Source: Gammaproteobacteria bacterium TMED78
GTDB lineage: Bacteria > Pseudomonadota > Gammaproteobacteria > Steroidobacterales > Rariloculaceae
Length of the DNA stretch: 64,000 bases
Assembly (NCBI GenBank): GCA_002171615.1
Contig: NHEF01000005.1
Coordinates: 983-64,982, forward strand
Direction of reading: 5' to 3'
Shown here: one piece after another, positions 17,695 through 28,048 of the stretch
Position numbering within the stretch: the stretch's first letter is position 1
Layout: every line of letters begins with the position of its first letter
The notes under the pieces: generated by a model
Databases searched by the model: none
Told to the model about the DNA's origin: nothing
What the model saw: only the letters and a program-made list of their open reading frames with translations
Position numbers and translations under genes: made by a program

Positions 17695-18761
17695 AACAAT
17701 CCTTTAGTTGAAGGAAGTACATTACTATCTTTTTTTATTGCTTGTTTCATTGCTCTAGCAAAGCATTTAAAGCATGCTTCAACCATATGATGTGTATTAG
17801 TACCTGTAATATCAATATTAATTGCTGCTCCTAATGAGCTACCTAATGATTCAAAGAAATGAGGAACTAGCTCAGTTGGTAATTCACCAACTTTTTCCCT
17901 TTTAAAGTCTCCATTAAATACAAAATATGACCTACCACCAATATCTATAGATATTTTAGCCTCACTTTCATCCATAGGAAGAACAAAACCATATCTTTCA
18001 ATTCCTATTTTATTACCAAGGGCCTTTTTTATAGCCTCTCCAATAGAGATTGCAACATCTTCTACAGTGTGATGCTCATCTATCTCGAGATCACCATCAC
18101 AGCTAACTTCTAGTTTAAAATTACCATGCTTGCCAATTTGTTCTAACATGTGGTCAAAGAAGCCAATACCAGTTTTAATTATTGGTTCATCTGCACTATC
18201 CAGATCTACTTTTACTAATATATTAGTTTCTTTTGTAATTCGTGATATTTCTGATTGTCTTGGATTATTTAAGATTAAGTGGGCAATTTTTTCCCAACAA
18301 TATCCATCATTTTCATTGGATATCATAAAACCTCTAATACCAAGATTTTCTGCAAGCTCTAAATCAGTTCCTCTATCGCCTACGACAAAAGAAAGCTCTT
18401 TATTGAAGTTATTATTTTTCAAATAATCCTTTAGTAAACCAGTAGATGGTTTTCTTGATTTACAGTTATCTTTTTCTTTGTGAGGACAAAAAAATTCATT
18501 ATCAAACTCAATACCTTGACTCTTAAAGATATTAATCATGTATTTATGAGCTGTAAGAAAAGATTCATACGGAAAGTCTTTCGTACCTAGTCCATCTTGA
18601 TTACTGACAATAACAAATTTATAACCATCATTTTTAAACAGAAGCAGAGATGGTATAACATTATCAATTAGTTTAATTTTTTTAATTGAATCGACTTGCT
18701 CATCATCAGGCTCTTCAATTAATGTACCATCTCTGTCTATAAAAATAATTTTATCATTCAT
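17691..18761 (-). CDS. hisB: Bifunctional histidinol-phosphatase / imidazoleglycerol-phosphate dehydratase
   Basis: N-terminal HAD motif IIFIDRDGTLI and C-terminal IGPD motifs (HHTVEDVAI, HHMVEACFK). The start chosen is the ATG at 18761, which is 8 nt after GGAGG and 4 nt after the hisC stop. The ORF-track start at 18779 would overlap hisC. Confidence 0.9.
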   Translation of the reverse strand: MNDKIIFIDRDGTLIEEPDDEQVDSIKKIKLIDNVIPSLLLFKNDGYKFVIVSNQDGLGTKDFPYESFLTAHKYMINIFKSQGIEFDNEFFCPHKEKDNCKSRKPSTGLLKDYLKNNNFNKELSFVVGDRGTDLELAENLGIRGFMISNENDGYCWEKIAHLILNNPRQSEISRITKETNILVKVDLDSADEPIIKTGIGFFDHMLEQIGKHGNFKLEVSCDGDLEIDEHHTVEDVAISIGEAIKKALGNKIGIERYGFVLPMDESEAKISIDIGGRSYFVFNGDFKREKVGELPTELVPHFFESLGSSLGAAINIDITGTNTHHMVEACFKCFARAMKQAIKKDSNVLPSTKGLL

Positions 18762-18765
18762 GATT

Positions 18766-19842
18766 TTAGCCTCCATCAATTATAGATTGAACAAGAGCAT
18801 CATTTTCTTCTTTTTTACCTACGGTAATTCGCAGGCAATTTTTTAATAATGGCTCATTAGGGAATGCTCTAACAAGAATTCTTTGACTTCTAGCAGAAGT
18901 AACTATTTTTTCTAAATTTTTAACTTCAGCCATAAAAAAATTAGCATCACTAGGCCAAATATTTTGTATTTCTGGCAATTTAAGAAGTTTATCTGTAAAC
19001 CTTTTTTTCTCCTTCCTTGTTATCTCTACTTTTTTTCTTGATGATGAAATTGATTTTTTAGTTAATGCTTTTTTTACTTCTTCAATACATGGAGTAGGGA
19101 AAGTATATGGTGGTAGAACTTTGTTTAATAACTCAATTAATTCGTTATCTGCTATAACTGAGCCACACCTGACACCAGCTAATGAGACAAACTTTGATAA
19201 AGTCCTTAGAACAACAATGTTATTAAATTTCTTTTGTAATTTTATAAAACTTCTACTATCTGAGAATTCTTGATATGCCTCATCGATAACTATGATAGAT
19301 TTATTCATTTGTTGCTCTGCTATTAATTCTATGTCTTTTGCATTAGGTGAATTTCCAGTTGGATTATTAGGAGTGCAAATGAAAATAATTTTTGTAAATT
19401 TATCACAACCTTTTAAAATATTTTCTACATCTAGTGAAAAATCTCTAGATAAGTCTTTATTTCTTAATAGTGGAACTTTAGTTATATAAGCGCCCTGTAT
19501 TTCTGCATATAGTCTATACATATCAAAAGTAGGTGGACATATTAGTATTTTGTCTCTTTTTGGCTCACAAAATGCCCTAATTAGTATATCGATTGCTTCA
19601 CTAGCACCCCTAGTTATCATAATTTGTTCGTTTTTTATTTGATATTCAACTGAAAGAAGATTATTTATTGCTGTTGGTCTTGGAGGAGGATATCTATTTA
19701 GGCCATTTTCAGTTTTATCTCCAGGAGCTTTCCAGGGTGATTCATTAGCATTTAACCTAATGAAACCTTTTTCATATTCACCTGGAATATATGGTGATAT
19801 TCTTAATATATCTTGCCTAGCAATTTTAGTAATACCTTTCAT
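18766..19842 (-). CDS. hisC: Histidinol-phosphate aminotransferase
   Basis: Class-II aminotransferase (LNANESP, TPNNPTGN, LRTLSKFVSLAGVRCG). Position in the his cluster. Confidence 0.9.
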   Translation of the reverse strand: MKGITKIARQDILRISPYIPGEYEKGFIRLNANESPWKAPGDKTENGLNRYPPPRPTAINNLLSVEYQIKNEQIMITRGASEAIDILIRAFCEPKRDKILICPPTFDMYRLYAEIQGAYITKVPLLRNKDLSRDFSLDVENILKGCDKFTKIIFICTPNNPTGNSPNAKDIELIAEQQMNKSIIVIDEAYQEFSDSRSFIKLQKKFNNIVVLRTLSKFVSLAGVRCGSVIADNELIELLNKVLPPYTFPTPCIEEVKKALTKKSISSSRKKVEITRKEKKRFTDKLLKLPEIQNIWPSDANFFMAEVKNLEKIVTSARSQRILVRAFPNEPLLKNCLRITVGKKEENDALVQSIIDGG

Positions 19843-19860
19843 AGTTATCTCTTTTTTATT

Positions 19861-21156
19861 TTATTTGAGTGATGCAAGTCTCGTCTTGATTGCGTATGAA
19901 TGAGCATCAAGCCCTTCTAAGTCAGCAATTTTTATTCCTGTTGGCCCTATTTTCTTAATACCTTCTTTTGTTAGCTCTTGAATAGTCATTGACTTCATAA
20001 AATCAACTACACCTAGACTTGAGATTGATTTAGCATAACCATATGTTGGGAGCACATGGTTAGTTCCACTACAGTAATCGCCAATTGATTCTGGAGACCA
20101 TGGTCCTAAAAATATAGAGCCTGCTGATATTATATCTGATAGCATACTTCGCGGTTGATCAACATTTAATATCAAATGCTCTGGTGCATAACTATTCGAT
20201 ATCTCTATTGCTTTAGAAATATCATCAACAACTATTGCCCTAGATGATTTTATTGATTGCTCAATAATATTTCGCCTCTCTCTAGTAGGTATTTGTATTT
20301 TAATTTCCTCTAAGACTTTATCGCAAAGCTTTTCATTATCTGTAACTAATATTACTTGCGAGTCATTTCCATGTTCAGCTTGAGAAAGCAAATCTGAAGC
20401 TACAAAGTTTGGGTTAGATGATTTATCTGCAATAACAAGTAACTCAGATGGACCAGCTGGCATATCTCTACTTAATCCAAACGAGTCTTGAGATACTTGT
20501 GTTTTGGCTTCTGTTACCCAAGCATTCCCGGGACCATAGATTTTATCTACTTTTGGTATAGTTGAAGTTCCGTAAGCCATAGCAGCAATAGCTTGGGCTC
20601 CACCAACTTTAAAAACATTATTTATACCACACATTTTTGCCACGAAAAGAATTTCTGCATTACAGTTACCATCTGGCTCTGGAGGAGAGCATAAAATTTT
20701 TATAGGACATTTTGCTATTTGTGCCGGTACTCCAAGCATCATAGCTGTTGATGGTAACGGTGCAGTGCCAGCAGGAACATACAAGCCAATATTTTGTATA
20801 GGAACAAAAATCCTTTCGCATAACACTCCAGAGTTAGTCTCTATAGATAAATTATTTGGTTTTTGAGCCTTATGAAATATTTCTATACTGGCGTATGCCT
20901 CTTTAAGGGCCTTAATTGTCTCCTCGCTTAGACTTTTCTCAGCTTGTTCAAATTCTTTCTCTGATACTTGAAGCGAATCAATTTCTACCAAATCATATTT
21001 AATAGATAAATCAAAGAGCGCGATATCACCTTTAGATTTTACCTTTTCAATTATCTTAGAGACTTCATTTTTAATATTCTTAAGTGAAATAGTAGGCCTT
21101 TCAAGCACTTTGGCTCTTTTATTTCTGCTTAGGTTTCTCCAAATTATTTTTTTCAT
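19861..21156 (-). CDS. hisD: Histidinol dehydrogenase
   Basis: 431 aa with AGPSELLVIAD, SQAEHG and APEHL motifs. Confidence 0.95.
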   Translation of the reverse strand: MKKIIWRNLSRNKRAKVLERPTISLKNIKNEVSKIIEKVKSKGDIALFDLSIKYDLVEIDSLQVSEKEFEQAEKSLSEETIKALKEAYASIEIFHKAQKPNNLSIETNSGVLCERIFVPIQNIGLYVPAGTAPLPSTAMMLGVPAQIAKCPIKILCSPPEPDGNCNAEILFVAKMCGINNVFKVGGAQAIAAMAYGTSTIPKVDKIYGPGNAWVTEAKTQVSQDSFGLSRDMPAGPSELLVIADKSSNPNFVASDLLSQAEHGNDSQVILVTDNEKLCDKVLEEIKIQIPTRERRNIIEQSIKSSRAIVVDDISKAIEISNSYAPEHLILNVDQPRSMLSDIISAGSIFLGPWSPESIGDYCSGTNHVLPTYGYAKSISSLGVVDFMKSMTIQELTKEGIKKIGPTGIKIADLEGLDAHSYAIKTRLASLK

Positions 21157-21165
21157 ATTTTTGAC

Positions 21166-22065
21166 CTAAGGCAGGAGCTTTTCAACCGGCATCACTAAAA
21201 TTGAACTTGCGCCTGCACTTTTAAGCTCTTCAGCAATGTCCCAGAAATCATTTTCTTTACATAGCACGTGTAATGCAACCATATCATTATCACCTTCTAG
21301 AGGCATTATAGATGGAGATTCACTATCTAGAATATCACAGATCTTTTTCAATGATTTTCTTGGAGCATGAAGTAAAATATATTTTCTTTCAGAAGCTTGC
21401 TGTACAGCTTCTATACGCTTCACTAACCTATTAACTAAGTTCTCATTTTCTGAAGATAGGGTTTTATTTTTTATCAAGACAGCTGTGCTTTCAAGTACTA
21501 TCTCACCTTCAACAAGATTATTAGCTAGTAATGTACTTCCAGATGAAACTAAATCACAGATTATATCTGCCTTACCTAGTCTTGGAGCTGCTTCAACAGA
21601 TCCTGCCATATATACTATATTAGCCTTTATATTATTTTTCTTAAGGAAGTCTCCAACTAGATTAGGGTAACTTGTGGCTATAGTGGTATTTTGTAAATAC
21701 TGACTCCATGATTTTTTTGATTTATTCCATAATTGTGGGTATGCAAAAGATAGCCTGCATTTACCATATTTAAGTGATGTGCAAATACTAAAAGGTTCAT
21801 TATCATTATCTTTTTTAAATTTAAGCTTTTCCTCTTCACAAACATTTAATCCAACTATACCAACATCACTTATTCCTTCATTTACTAGTAATGGAATATC
21901 ATCATCTCTTACTAACATGATATCAATTGGCATATTTTCACAAGAAGCTATTAATCTATCCTTAACGATTGGAACTTTAACTCCACAATTTGATAGAAGA
22001 TCTATACACTGTTTAGTCAATCTCCCAGATTTTTGTATAGCTATTTGAAGCCTTTCTTTATTCAT
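21166..22065 (-). CDS. hisG: ATP phosphoribosyltransferase, long form
   Basis: 299 aa with LQIAIQKSGRL, DLVSSGSTL and a C-terminal regulatory domain. Confidence 0.9.
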   Translation of the reverse strand: MNKERLQIAIQKSGRLTKQCIDLLSNCGVKVPIVKDRLIASCENMPIDIMLVRDDDIPLLVNEGISDVGIVGLNVCEEEKLKFKKDNDNEPFSICTSLKYGKCRLSFAYPQLWNKSKKSWSQYLQNTTIATSYPNLVGDFLKKNNIKANIVYMAGSVEAAPRLGKADIICDLVSSGSTLLANNLVEGEIVLESTAVLIKNKTLSSENENLVNRLVKRIEAVQQASERKYILLHAPRKSLKKICDILDSESPSIMPLEGDNDMVALHVLCKENDFWDIAEELKSAGASSILVMPVEKLLP

Positions 22066-22066
22066 G

Positions 22067-22372
22067 TTAATTCCTATTAATTAAAACTCTATCTAAAGCT
22101 GTATTATAACCACCATTTCCTAGGGATATTGTTCGTGCTACTCGTCCAATAGTTGTAACAGAAATCCCAGTTAATTCATAAATTTTTCTATACGCTAGAC
22201 CTTGTTTTAGATATGCGACAACTGACCACCTATCTGTCATAGCTTCTAATTCAGCAGGGGTGCACAGATCTTCAAAAAATTCTCTACATTCACCTCTATC
22301 ATTTAAAGATAGTATTGCTTTGTACAGCTCTTCTTTATCTAAATCTTTGTTTTTGTTATCTTTTTTTTTCAT
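22067..22372 (-). CDS. YerC/YecD (TrpR-like) family DNA-binding protein, first gene of the his cluster
   Basis: FFEDLCTPAELEAMTDRWSVVAYLKQGLAYRKIYELTGISVTTIGRVARTISLGNGGY closely parallels B. subtilis YerC (TrpR fold). Its stop is 1 nt from the hisG start. Confidence 0.75.
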   Translation of the reverse strand: MKKKDNKNKDLDKEELYKAILSLNDRGECREFFEDLCTPAELEAMTDRWSVVAYLKQGLAYRKIYELTGISVTTIGRVARTISLGNGGYNTALDRVLINRN

Positions 22373-22452
22373 ATATCCAATTAATGTATTAATATATTGT
22401 TATAATAGTACATTATAATATACAATGCAATAATATTTTGTCTAATAGAAAA

Positions 22453-23520
22453 CTAAATGCTTAGGTTTAGCAGAACTTCGTTTCCAAAATCTGAGGTAGA
22501 AACATTATGATGAGTTTTTTCTTGAGATAGATCGGCAGTAAAGTAATTTTTAGAAAAGGTTTGGTGAACAGCATCTTCTATAGCATCTGCAATAAAGTTT
22601 AAATTAAAGGAATGTCTAAACATCATTGCTAAGCTTAATATTGCTCCCGTTGGGTTTGAAATTCCTTTGCCTGCAATATCAGGAGCTGATCCATGGACTG
22701 GTTCATATAGACCGAAATTATTATGGCCTAATGAGGCTGAGGGAAGTAGCCCTAGTGAACCAGATAGCATAGATGCCTCATCAGATATAATATCTCCAAA
22801 CATATTATCAGTCACCATAACGTCAAATGTATTTGGTTTGCTAAGTAAATGCATTGTTGCTGCATCTATATAAATATGCTCTAACTCAATTTCACTAAAC
22901 TCTTCAGAAAAAATTTTATCTGCAGTATCTCTCCATAATCGAGAAGTATCTAAAACATTATGTTTATCAATTGACGTTACCTTGCCTCGTCTTTTTTTAG
23001 CAAGATTTCCAGCTCTTCGAAGTATTCGCTCAATCTCTGAAATAGTGTATTCGCAAGTATCAAAAGCATTAGTTGATGTTCTTCCTCTTTTTCCAAAATA
23101 TATTCCTCCAGTAAGCTCTCTAAGTATGAGGATATCAACACCTTTTAAGTAAGATTCTTTTATTGGAGAACAGCTAATGAGCTCTGGATGAATTTTTATA
23201 GGTCTTAGGTTGGCAAACAAATTAAGCTTTTGCCTCAAAGGGAGAAGGCCTGCCTCAGGCCTGAGACTTACAGGATTGTTATTCCATTTTTCACCACCTA
23301 CAGCGCCTAAGAAGACAGCATCGGATTTCTTGCATAAGTTAAGTGTTTCCTCTGGGAGAGGTAATCCAGTTGCATCTAATGCCGCTCCACCAATAAGAGC
23401 TTCTTCAGTTAAAATTTTTAGTTTTAGATCTTTGTTTATTTTATTAAATACCTTAAATACTTCTGAGGTAACTTCAGGTCCTATTCCGTCTCCAGGCAAA
23501 AAGACAACCCTCTTATTCAT
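22453..23520 (-). CDS. leuB: 3-isopropylmalate dehydrogenase
   Basis: 355 aa with LPGDGIGPEV, NLFANLRP, NMFGDIISDEASML and HGSAPDIAGKG motifs. Confidence 0.95.
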   Translation of the reverse strand: MNKRVVFLPGDGIGPEVTSEVFKVFNKINKDLKLKILTEEALIGGAALDATGLPLPEETLNLCKKSDAVFLGAVGGEKWNNNPVSLRPEAGLLPLRQKLNLFANLRPIKIHPELISCSPIKESYLKGVDILILRELTGGIYFGKRGRTSTNAFDTCEYTISEIERILRRAGNLAKKRRGKVTSIDKHNVLDTSRLWRDTADKIFSEEFSEIELEHIYIDAATMHLLSKPNTFDVMVTDNMFGDIISDEASMLSGSLGLLPSASLGHNNFGLYEPVHGSAPDIAGKGISNPTGAILSLAMMFRHSFNLNFIADAIEDAVHQTFSKNYFTADLSQEKTHHNVSTSDFGNEVLLNLSI

Positions 23521-24092
23521 TATAGTTTTTTCTCAAAGTTATCTATTTCATTTTTGTGATTCATGATAAAACCAAGTTGATCGATACCATTTAAGAGACA
23601 ATATTTAGAGAATGGATCCATATAAAAGTCTAATTTTTTAAAGCCCTCTATATCAATTGATAACTCATTAATATCGATTAAAATATCAACTCCAGGATTC
23701 GAAAGAAGCCAGTGATGAGATTCTTCATCTATCCTTATGGGAATAAAACCATTTTTTAATGAGTTATTAAAAAAGATATCTGCAATTTCTGTGCTTATTA
23801 CAGCTTTGATTCCATAGTCTAGCAAAGCCCAGGGCGCATGCTCTCGAGAGGAGCCACATCCAAAATTTCTTCCGGATACTAAAACTTCGCATCCAGCAGA
23901 TTCATCTTGATTTAAGACAAAAGTTTTAATTGGGGACCCTTTAGAATTAAATCTCCAGTCATAAAATAAATTTTTTCCTAGTCCTTCTTTAGATATTGTA
24001 GTTAAGAATCTTGCAGGAATAATCTGATCTGTATCAATATCGTCTAGAGGCAATACTAAAGATTTTGATTTAATTTTTGTAACTGGTTTCAT
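23520..24092 (-). CDS. leuD: 3-isopropylmalate dehydratase small subunit
   Basis: GRNFGCGSSREHAPWAL motif. Follows leuC. Confidence 0.9.
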   Translation of the reverse strand: MKPVTKIKSKSLVLPLDDIDTDQIIPARFLTTISKEGLGKNLFYDWRFNSKGSPIKTFVLNQDESAGCEVLVSGRNFGCGSSREHAPWALLDYGIKAVISTEIADIFFNNSLKNGFIPIRIDEESHHWLLSNPGVDILIDINELSIDIEGFKKLDFYMDPFSKYCLLNGIDQLGFIMNHKNEIDNFEKKL

Positions 24093-24107
24093 TATACTTT
24101 GCTACCA

Positions 24108-25511
24108 TCAATCAAGAAAAATTCTTGGATCACTTACATAACCGTTTACTGCAGACGCTGCAGCAGTAAGTGGACTAGCTAAAACTGTCCTAGCACCTCC
24201 ACCTTGTCTTCCTTCAAAGTTACGATTACTCGTACTTACTGATAGCTTTCCTGGAGGAACAAAGTCTCCATTCATTGCTAAGCACATTGAGCACCCGGCC
24301 TCTCTCCATTCAGCCCCAGATTCTTTAAAAATTTTATCAATACCAATTTTTTCTGCTTGTTTTTTTATACTTTCTGATCCTGGTACCACAAGCATGCGAA
24401 CACCTTTAGCAACCTTCCTTCCTTGTATAAACATTGCGGCTGTTTTTAAGTCGTTTATTCTAGAGTTAGTGCAACTTCCAATGAAAACAACATCAACCTT
24501 TTTTTCTGATAGCGGCTTACCGGGCTCTACTTGCATGTAATCAAGGGCTTTGATAAAAGCCTCATCATTTTTATTTGGTTCCGGCACGGCTTCATCTATT
24601 GAAATTACCATTCCTGGGTTAGTTCCAAAGGTTACCATTGGTTTAACTTCAGAGACATTTATGGCAACTTCCTTTTGAAATTTAGCTTCTTGATCACCCA
24701 CTAATGTCTTCCAAGCCTCTAGAGACTTATCCCATTGATCATTTTTAGGTGCATGCGGTTTATCTATAAGATATTGGTATGTAGTATCATCTGGAGCCAT
24801 CATTCCTGTTCTTGCACCAGCTTCTATAGTCATATTACATATCGTCATTCTTTCTTCCATTGATAATGAACTGATAGTGCTTCCCCTAAACTCCATTGCA
24901 TACCCAGTTCCACCATCAACACCAATGCTTCCTATTATTTTAAGTATAATATCTTTAGCACTGACTCCTTTTTGTAAATTACCACTTAAGTTTATTGCAA
25001 GATTTTTTGGCCGCCTTTGAAGCATACATTGAGTTGCAAGCACATGACCAACTTCTGTAGTCCCAATACCAAAAGCTAAAGCACCAAATGCACCATGAGT
25101 GCTTGTATGTGAGTCCCCGCATACAATAGTTTTACCAGGTTGAGTTGCACCTAACTCAGGCCCAATAACATGACAAATTCCTCTTTCGGCACTTGATATT
25201 CCTCCTAGCTTAATTCCAAAATCATGACAATTCTTTTCCATTTGTACTAGCTGTCTTGTTGCTGGTGTATCACTGACTAGTACTAGATCTTTAAGAGATG
25301 CAAAAGGCGTAGTAGGAATAGAATGATCCATAGTGGCTAGTGTTTTATTTGGACATCTAACTTTTAGATTTTTCTGCCTTAGAAGGCTAAAAGCTTGAGG
25401 CGAGGTAACTTCATGAACTAGATGAAGATCTATATAGATAATAGAAGGAGTATTTATAGTCTCTTCTACTACTATATGCTTCTCCCAAACTTTATCAAAT
25501 AATGTTTTCAT
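24108..25511 (-). CDS. leuC: 3-isopropylmalate dehydratase large subunit
   Basis: Aconitase-family motifs (DLHLVHEVTSPQAF, VCGDSHTSTHGA, IGSCTNSR). The start chosen is MKTLFDKVWEKH at 25511, because the ORF-track start at 25547 overlaps ilvE. Confidence 0.9.
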   Translation of the reverse strand: MKTLFDKVWEKHIVVEETINTPSIIYIDLHLVHEVTSPQAFSLLRQKNLKVRCPNKTLATMDHSIPTTPFASLKDLVLVSDTPATRQLVQMEKNCHDFGIKLGGISSAERGICHVIGPELGATQPGKTIVCGDSHTSTHGAFGALAFGIGTTEVGHVLATQCMLQRRPKNLAINLSGNLQKGVSAKDIILKIIGSIGVDGGTGYAMEFRGSTISSLSMEERMTICNMTIEAGARTGMMAPDDTTYQYLIDKPHAPKNDQWDKSLEAWKTLVGDQEAKFQKEVAINVSEVKPMVTFGTNPGMVISIDEAVPEPNKNDEAFIKALDYMQVEPGKPLSEKKVDVVFIGSCTNSRINDLKTAAMFIQGRKVAKGVRMLVVPGSESIKKQAEKIGIDKIFKESGAEWREAGCSMCLAMNGDFVPPGKLSVSTSNRNFEGRQGGGARTVLASPLTAAASAVNGYVSDPRIFLD

Positions 25512-25528
25512 ATTTTTAAGTTTATAGA

Positions 25529-26455
25529 TTAAATTAGTTCTAACCAATTATAGTTATCTTTAGTTGTACCATTAAATAGGCCAAAAAAACTTCCTTGTAG
25601 TTTTTCTGTTATTGGCCCTCTTGAGCCTGAGCCAATTTTAATTCTATCTACCATTTTGACAGGAGTAATCTCTGCAGCTGTCCCTGTGAGGAATACTTCA
25701 TCAGCTATATAAAGCATTTCTCTTGGAATTTCTTGCTCTATTACTTCAATGTCTAACTCTTGTGCTAATATTATTATAGTGTCTCTTGTTAATCCTGGAA
25801 GAATTGAGGCAGAAGAGGGCGGTGTTATTAACTTTCCTTCATGTGCTAGAAAAATATTTTCTCCTGCTCCTTCACTAATAAAACCTCTATCATTTAAGGC
25901 AATGCCCTCAGTAAATCCTTGTCTTTTAGCTTCCAATGTAACTAAAATACTAGAAAGATAATTGCCCGCAGCCTTTGCAAGCGTTGGAAGTGTATTGGGC
26001 CTAGCTCTTTGCCAGGAAGACACACACACATCAACTCCTTCTTTTAAGCCATTATCGCCAAGATATGACCCCCATTCCCATGCTGCTATTGAGCAATTAG
26101 CTGGCTCCAAGTGATTACCAGCAACACCCATTTCTCCATAGCCTCTATAAGCTATTGGACGAATATATGAGCCTTCCAGTAATTTATTCTTTCTGACAAC
26201 TTCTTTACAGCTAGAAACAATTTCATCAATACTATATGGAATTTCAAGATAATAAATTTTTGCTGAATTTATCATTCTTTTGATGTGGTCAGTAAGCCTA
26301 AAGGCAACAGGACCCTTAGGAGTCTTGTAAACTCTAATTCCTTCAAAAACAGATGACCCATAATGAAGAGCATGAGTTAAGACATGAACTTTAGCTTCAT
26401 TCCAAGGGACTATTTTTCCATCATGCCAAATATATTTGCTTTCTTTTAAGGCCAT
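25529..26455 (-). CDS. ilvE: Branched-chain amino acid aminotransferase
   Basis: 308 aa, class IV aminotransferase (HALHYGSSVFEGIR, AKAAGNY, EGAGENIF, LTGTAAEITPV). Confidence 0.9.
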   Translation of the reverse strand: MALKESKYIWHDGKIVPWNEAKVHVLTHALHYGSSVFEGIRVYKTPKGPVAFRLTDHIKRMINSAKIYYLEIPYSIDEIVSSCKEVVRKNKLLEGSYIRPIAYRGYGEMGVAGNHLEPANCSIAAWEWGSYLGDNGLKEGVDVCVSSWQRARPNTLPTLAKAAGNYLSSILVTLEAKRQGFTEGIALNDRGFISEGAGENIFLAHEGKLITPPSSASILPGLTRDTIIILAQELDIEVIEQEIPREMLYIADEVFLTGTAAEITPVKMVDRIKIGSGSRGPITEKLQGSFFGLFNGTTKDNYNWLELI

Positions 26456-26470
26456 AATTATTCCAAAAAT

Positions 26471-28048
26471 TTAAGGGTTCGCTAGGTTTGTTTTCTTTGT
26501 ATTTGCTAAATTATTTTTATTTTTTAATCTAGAGATACGATTCACTACTTCTAGATATGCTAAAGCTGAGCTTTCTAAGATGTCAGTGCTTATTGCCTGT
26601 CCTCTATAACTCTGCCCTTTGTACTCAACAGTGACTGTGACCTCTCCTTGAGCATCATCTCCATCAGTGATTCCTCTAACCTCAAAATTTTTAAGCTTTA
26701 GAGAAATATTAGTGATTTTTTCAATAGCACTAAAAACTGCCGCTACAGGGCCTTCTCCTTTAGCTGTTTCTTTTAGTAATTCATTGTTTTCATTATTAAT
26801 AGAGGCAGTAGCGGAAGAGGGGGAGGAGGAAGCTGAAGTTACTTTTATCTCTTTCAGCGTCCAAGGACCAAATTTAGCAGAATCAATATTCATAATTATG
26901 GATTCAATATCTTTGTCGTACATATTTTTCTTTTTATCTGCAATTTTTTTAAAATTTTTAAAGGAGTCGTTTAGTTTATCTTCGCTATTAATTTGAAATC
27001 CTAATTGTTCAACTTTTTCTCTAAATGCATGTCTTCCACTATGCTTTCCCAATACTAGGTTAGATTTTGACAAACCCACATCTTCAGGCCTCATAATTTC
27101 GTATGTTGCTTGGTTTTGTAACATACCATGTTGGTGAATGCCTGCTTCATGTGCAAAAGCATTTTCTCCTATAATTGCTTTATTTCTAGGGACATGCATA
27201 CCGGTAACATTAGATACAATTCTGCTTGTATGGTAAAGCTTCTGAGTTTTGATATTTGTCTCTAGACGAAAATGTTTATTCCTTGTTTTTATAGCCATTA
27301 CAACCTCTTCAAGCGAGCAATTACCAGCTCTCTCTCCAATGCCATTTATGGTACATTCAATCTGTCTTGCTCCAGCTTCTACTGCAGCTAAGCTATTTGC
27401 AACAGCCATACCAAGATCATCATGACAGTGGGCACTCAGCCTTACGCTATTAATATTTTTTACATTATCTTTGAGGTATTTAAAAACGCTATAAAATTCA
27501 CCCGGAATTGCGTAACCAACTGTATCAGGTATATTGATTGTGGTGGCACCCGCCATAATCGCCTCTTCAACAACTTCAGATAAATATTCTAACTCTGTCC
27601 TCGATGCATCTTCAGGAGAGAACTCGATATCCTTACAAAATGACTTAGCAAATTTAATATTTTCGATAGCGGTTTTAATAATTTCATCTTTTGCTAGTTT
27701 GAGCTTATGCTTTCTATGTATTTCGCTGGTTGCAACAAAAACGTGTATTCTTGGTTTTTTAGCTTCTTTTAGCGCCTCCCAAGCCATTTCAATGTCCCTA
27801 TTATTGCATCTTGCCAATGCACAAATAGACGGACCCTTGATTTCTTGGGCTATCTTACTTACCGAATCAAAGTCCCCAGGGGAGGCGGCTGGAAAGCCAG
27901 CCTCTATTACATCTACATTTAGCTCTTTTAGCGCTTTTGCTACTCTTAGCTTTTCATTAAGAGTCATGCTACAGCCAGGGGCTTGCTCGCCATCTCTAAG
28001 AGTGGTATCGAATATAACTACACTATTTTTTTTATCTTTTTTTTCCAT
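26471..28048 (-). CDS. leuA: 2-isopropylmalate synthase
   Basis: IFDTTLRDGEQ, HCHDDLGMAVAN and a C-terminal LeuA dimerisation/regulatory domain. Confidence 0.95.
   Translation of the reverse strand: MEKKDKKNSVVIFDTTLRDGEQAPGCSMTLNEKLRVAKALKELNVDVIEAGFPAASPGDFDSVSKIAQEIKGPSICALARCNNRDIEMAWEALKEAKKPRIHVFVATSEIHRKHKLKLAKDEIIKTAIENIKFAKSFCKDIEFSPEDASRTELEYLSEVVEEAIMAGATTINIPDTVGYAIPGEFYSVFKYLKDNVKNINSVRLSAHCHDDLGMAVANSLAAVEAGARQIECTINGIGERAGNCSLEEVVMAIKTRNKHFRLETNIKTQKLYHTSRIVSNVTGMHVPRNKAIIGENAFAHEAGIHQHGMLQNQATYEIMRPEDVGLSKSNLVLGKHSGRHAFREKVEQLGFQINSEDKLNDSFKNFKKIADKKKNMYDKDIESIIMNIDSAKFGPWTLKEIKVTSASSSPSSATASINNENNELLKETAKGEGPVAAVFSAIEKITNISLKLKNFEVRGITDGDDAQGEVTVTVEYKGQSYRGQAISTDILESSALAYLEVVNRISRLKNKNNLANTKKTNLANP

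Noticed and set aside
25512-25547. Longer leuC start (MVRTNLIYKLKN...) given by the ORF track
   Set aside because: The extension overlaps the ilvE 3' end and is not LeuC-like. The Met at 25511 (MKTLFDKVWEKH) matches the conserved LeuC N-terminus.
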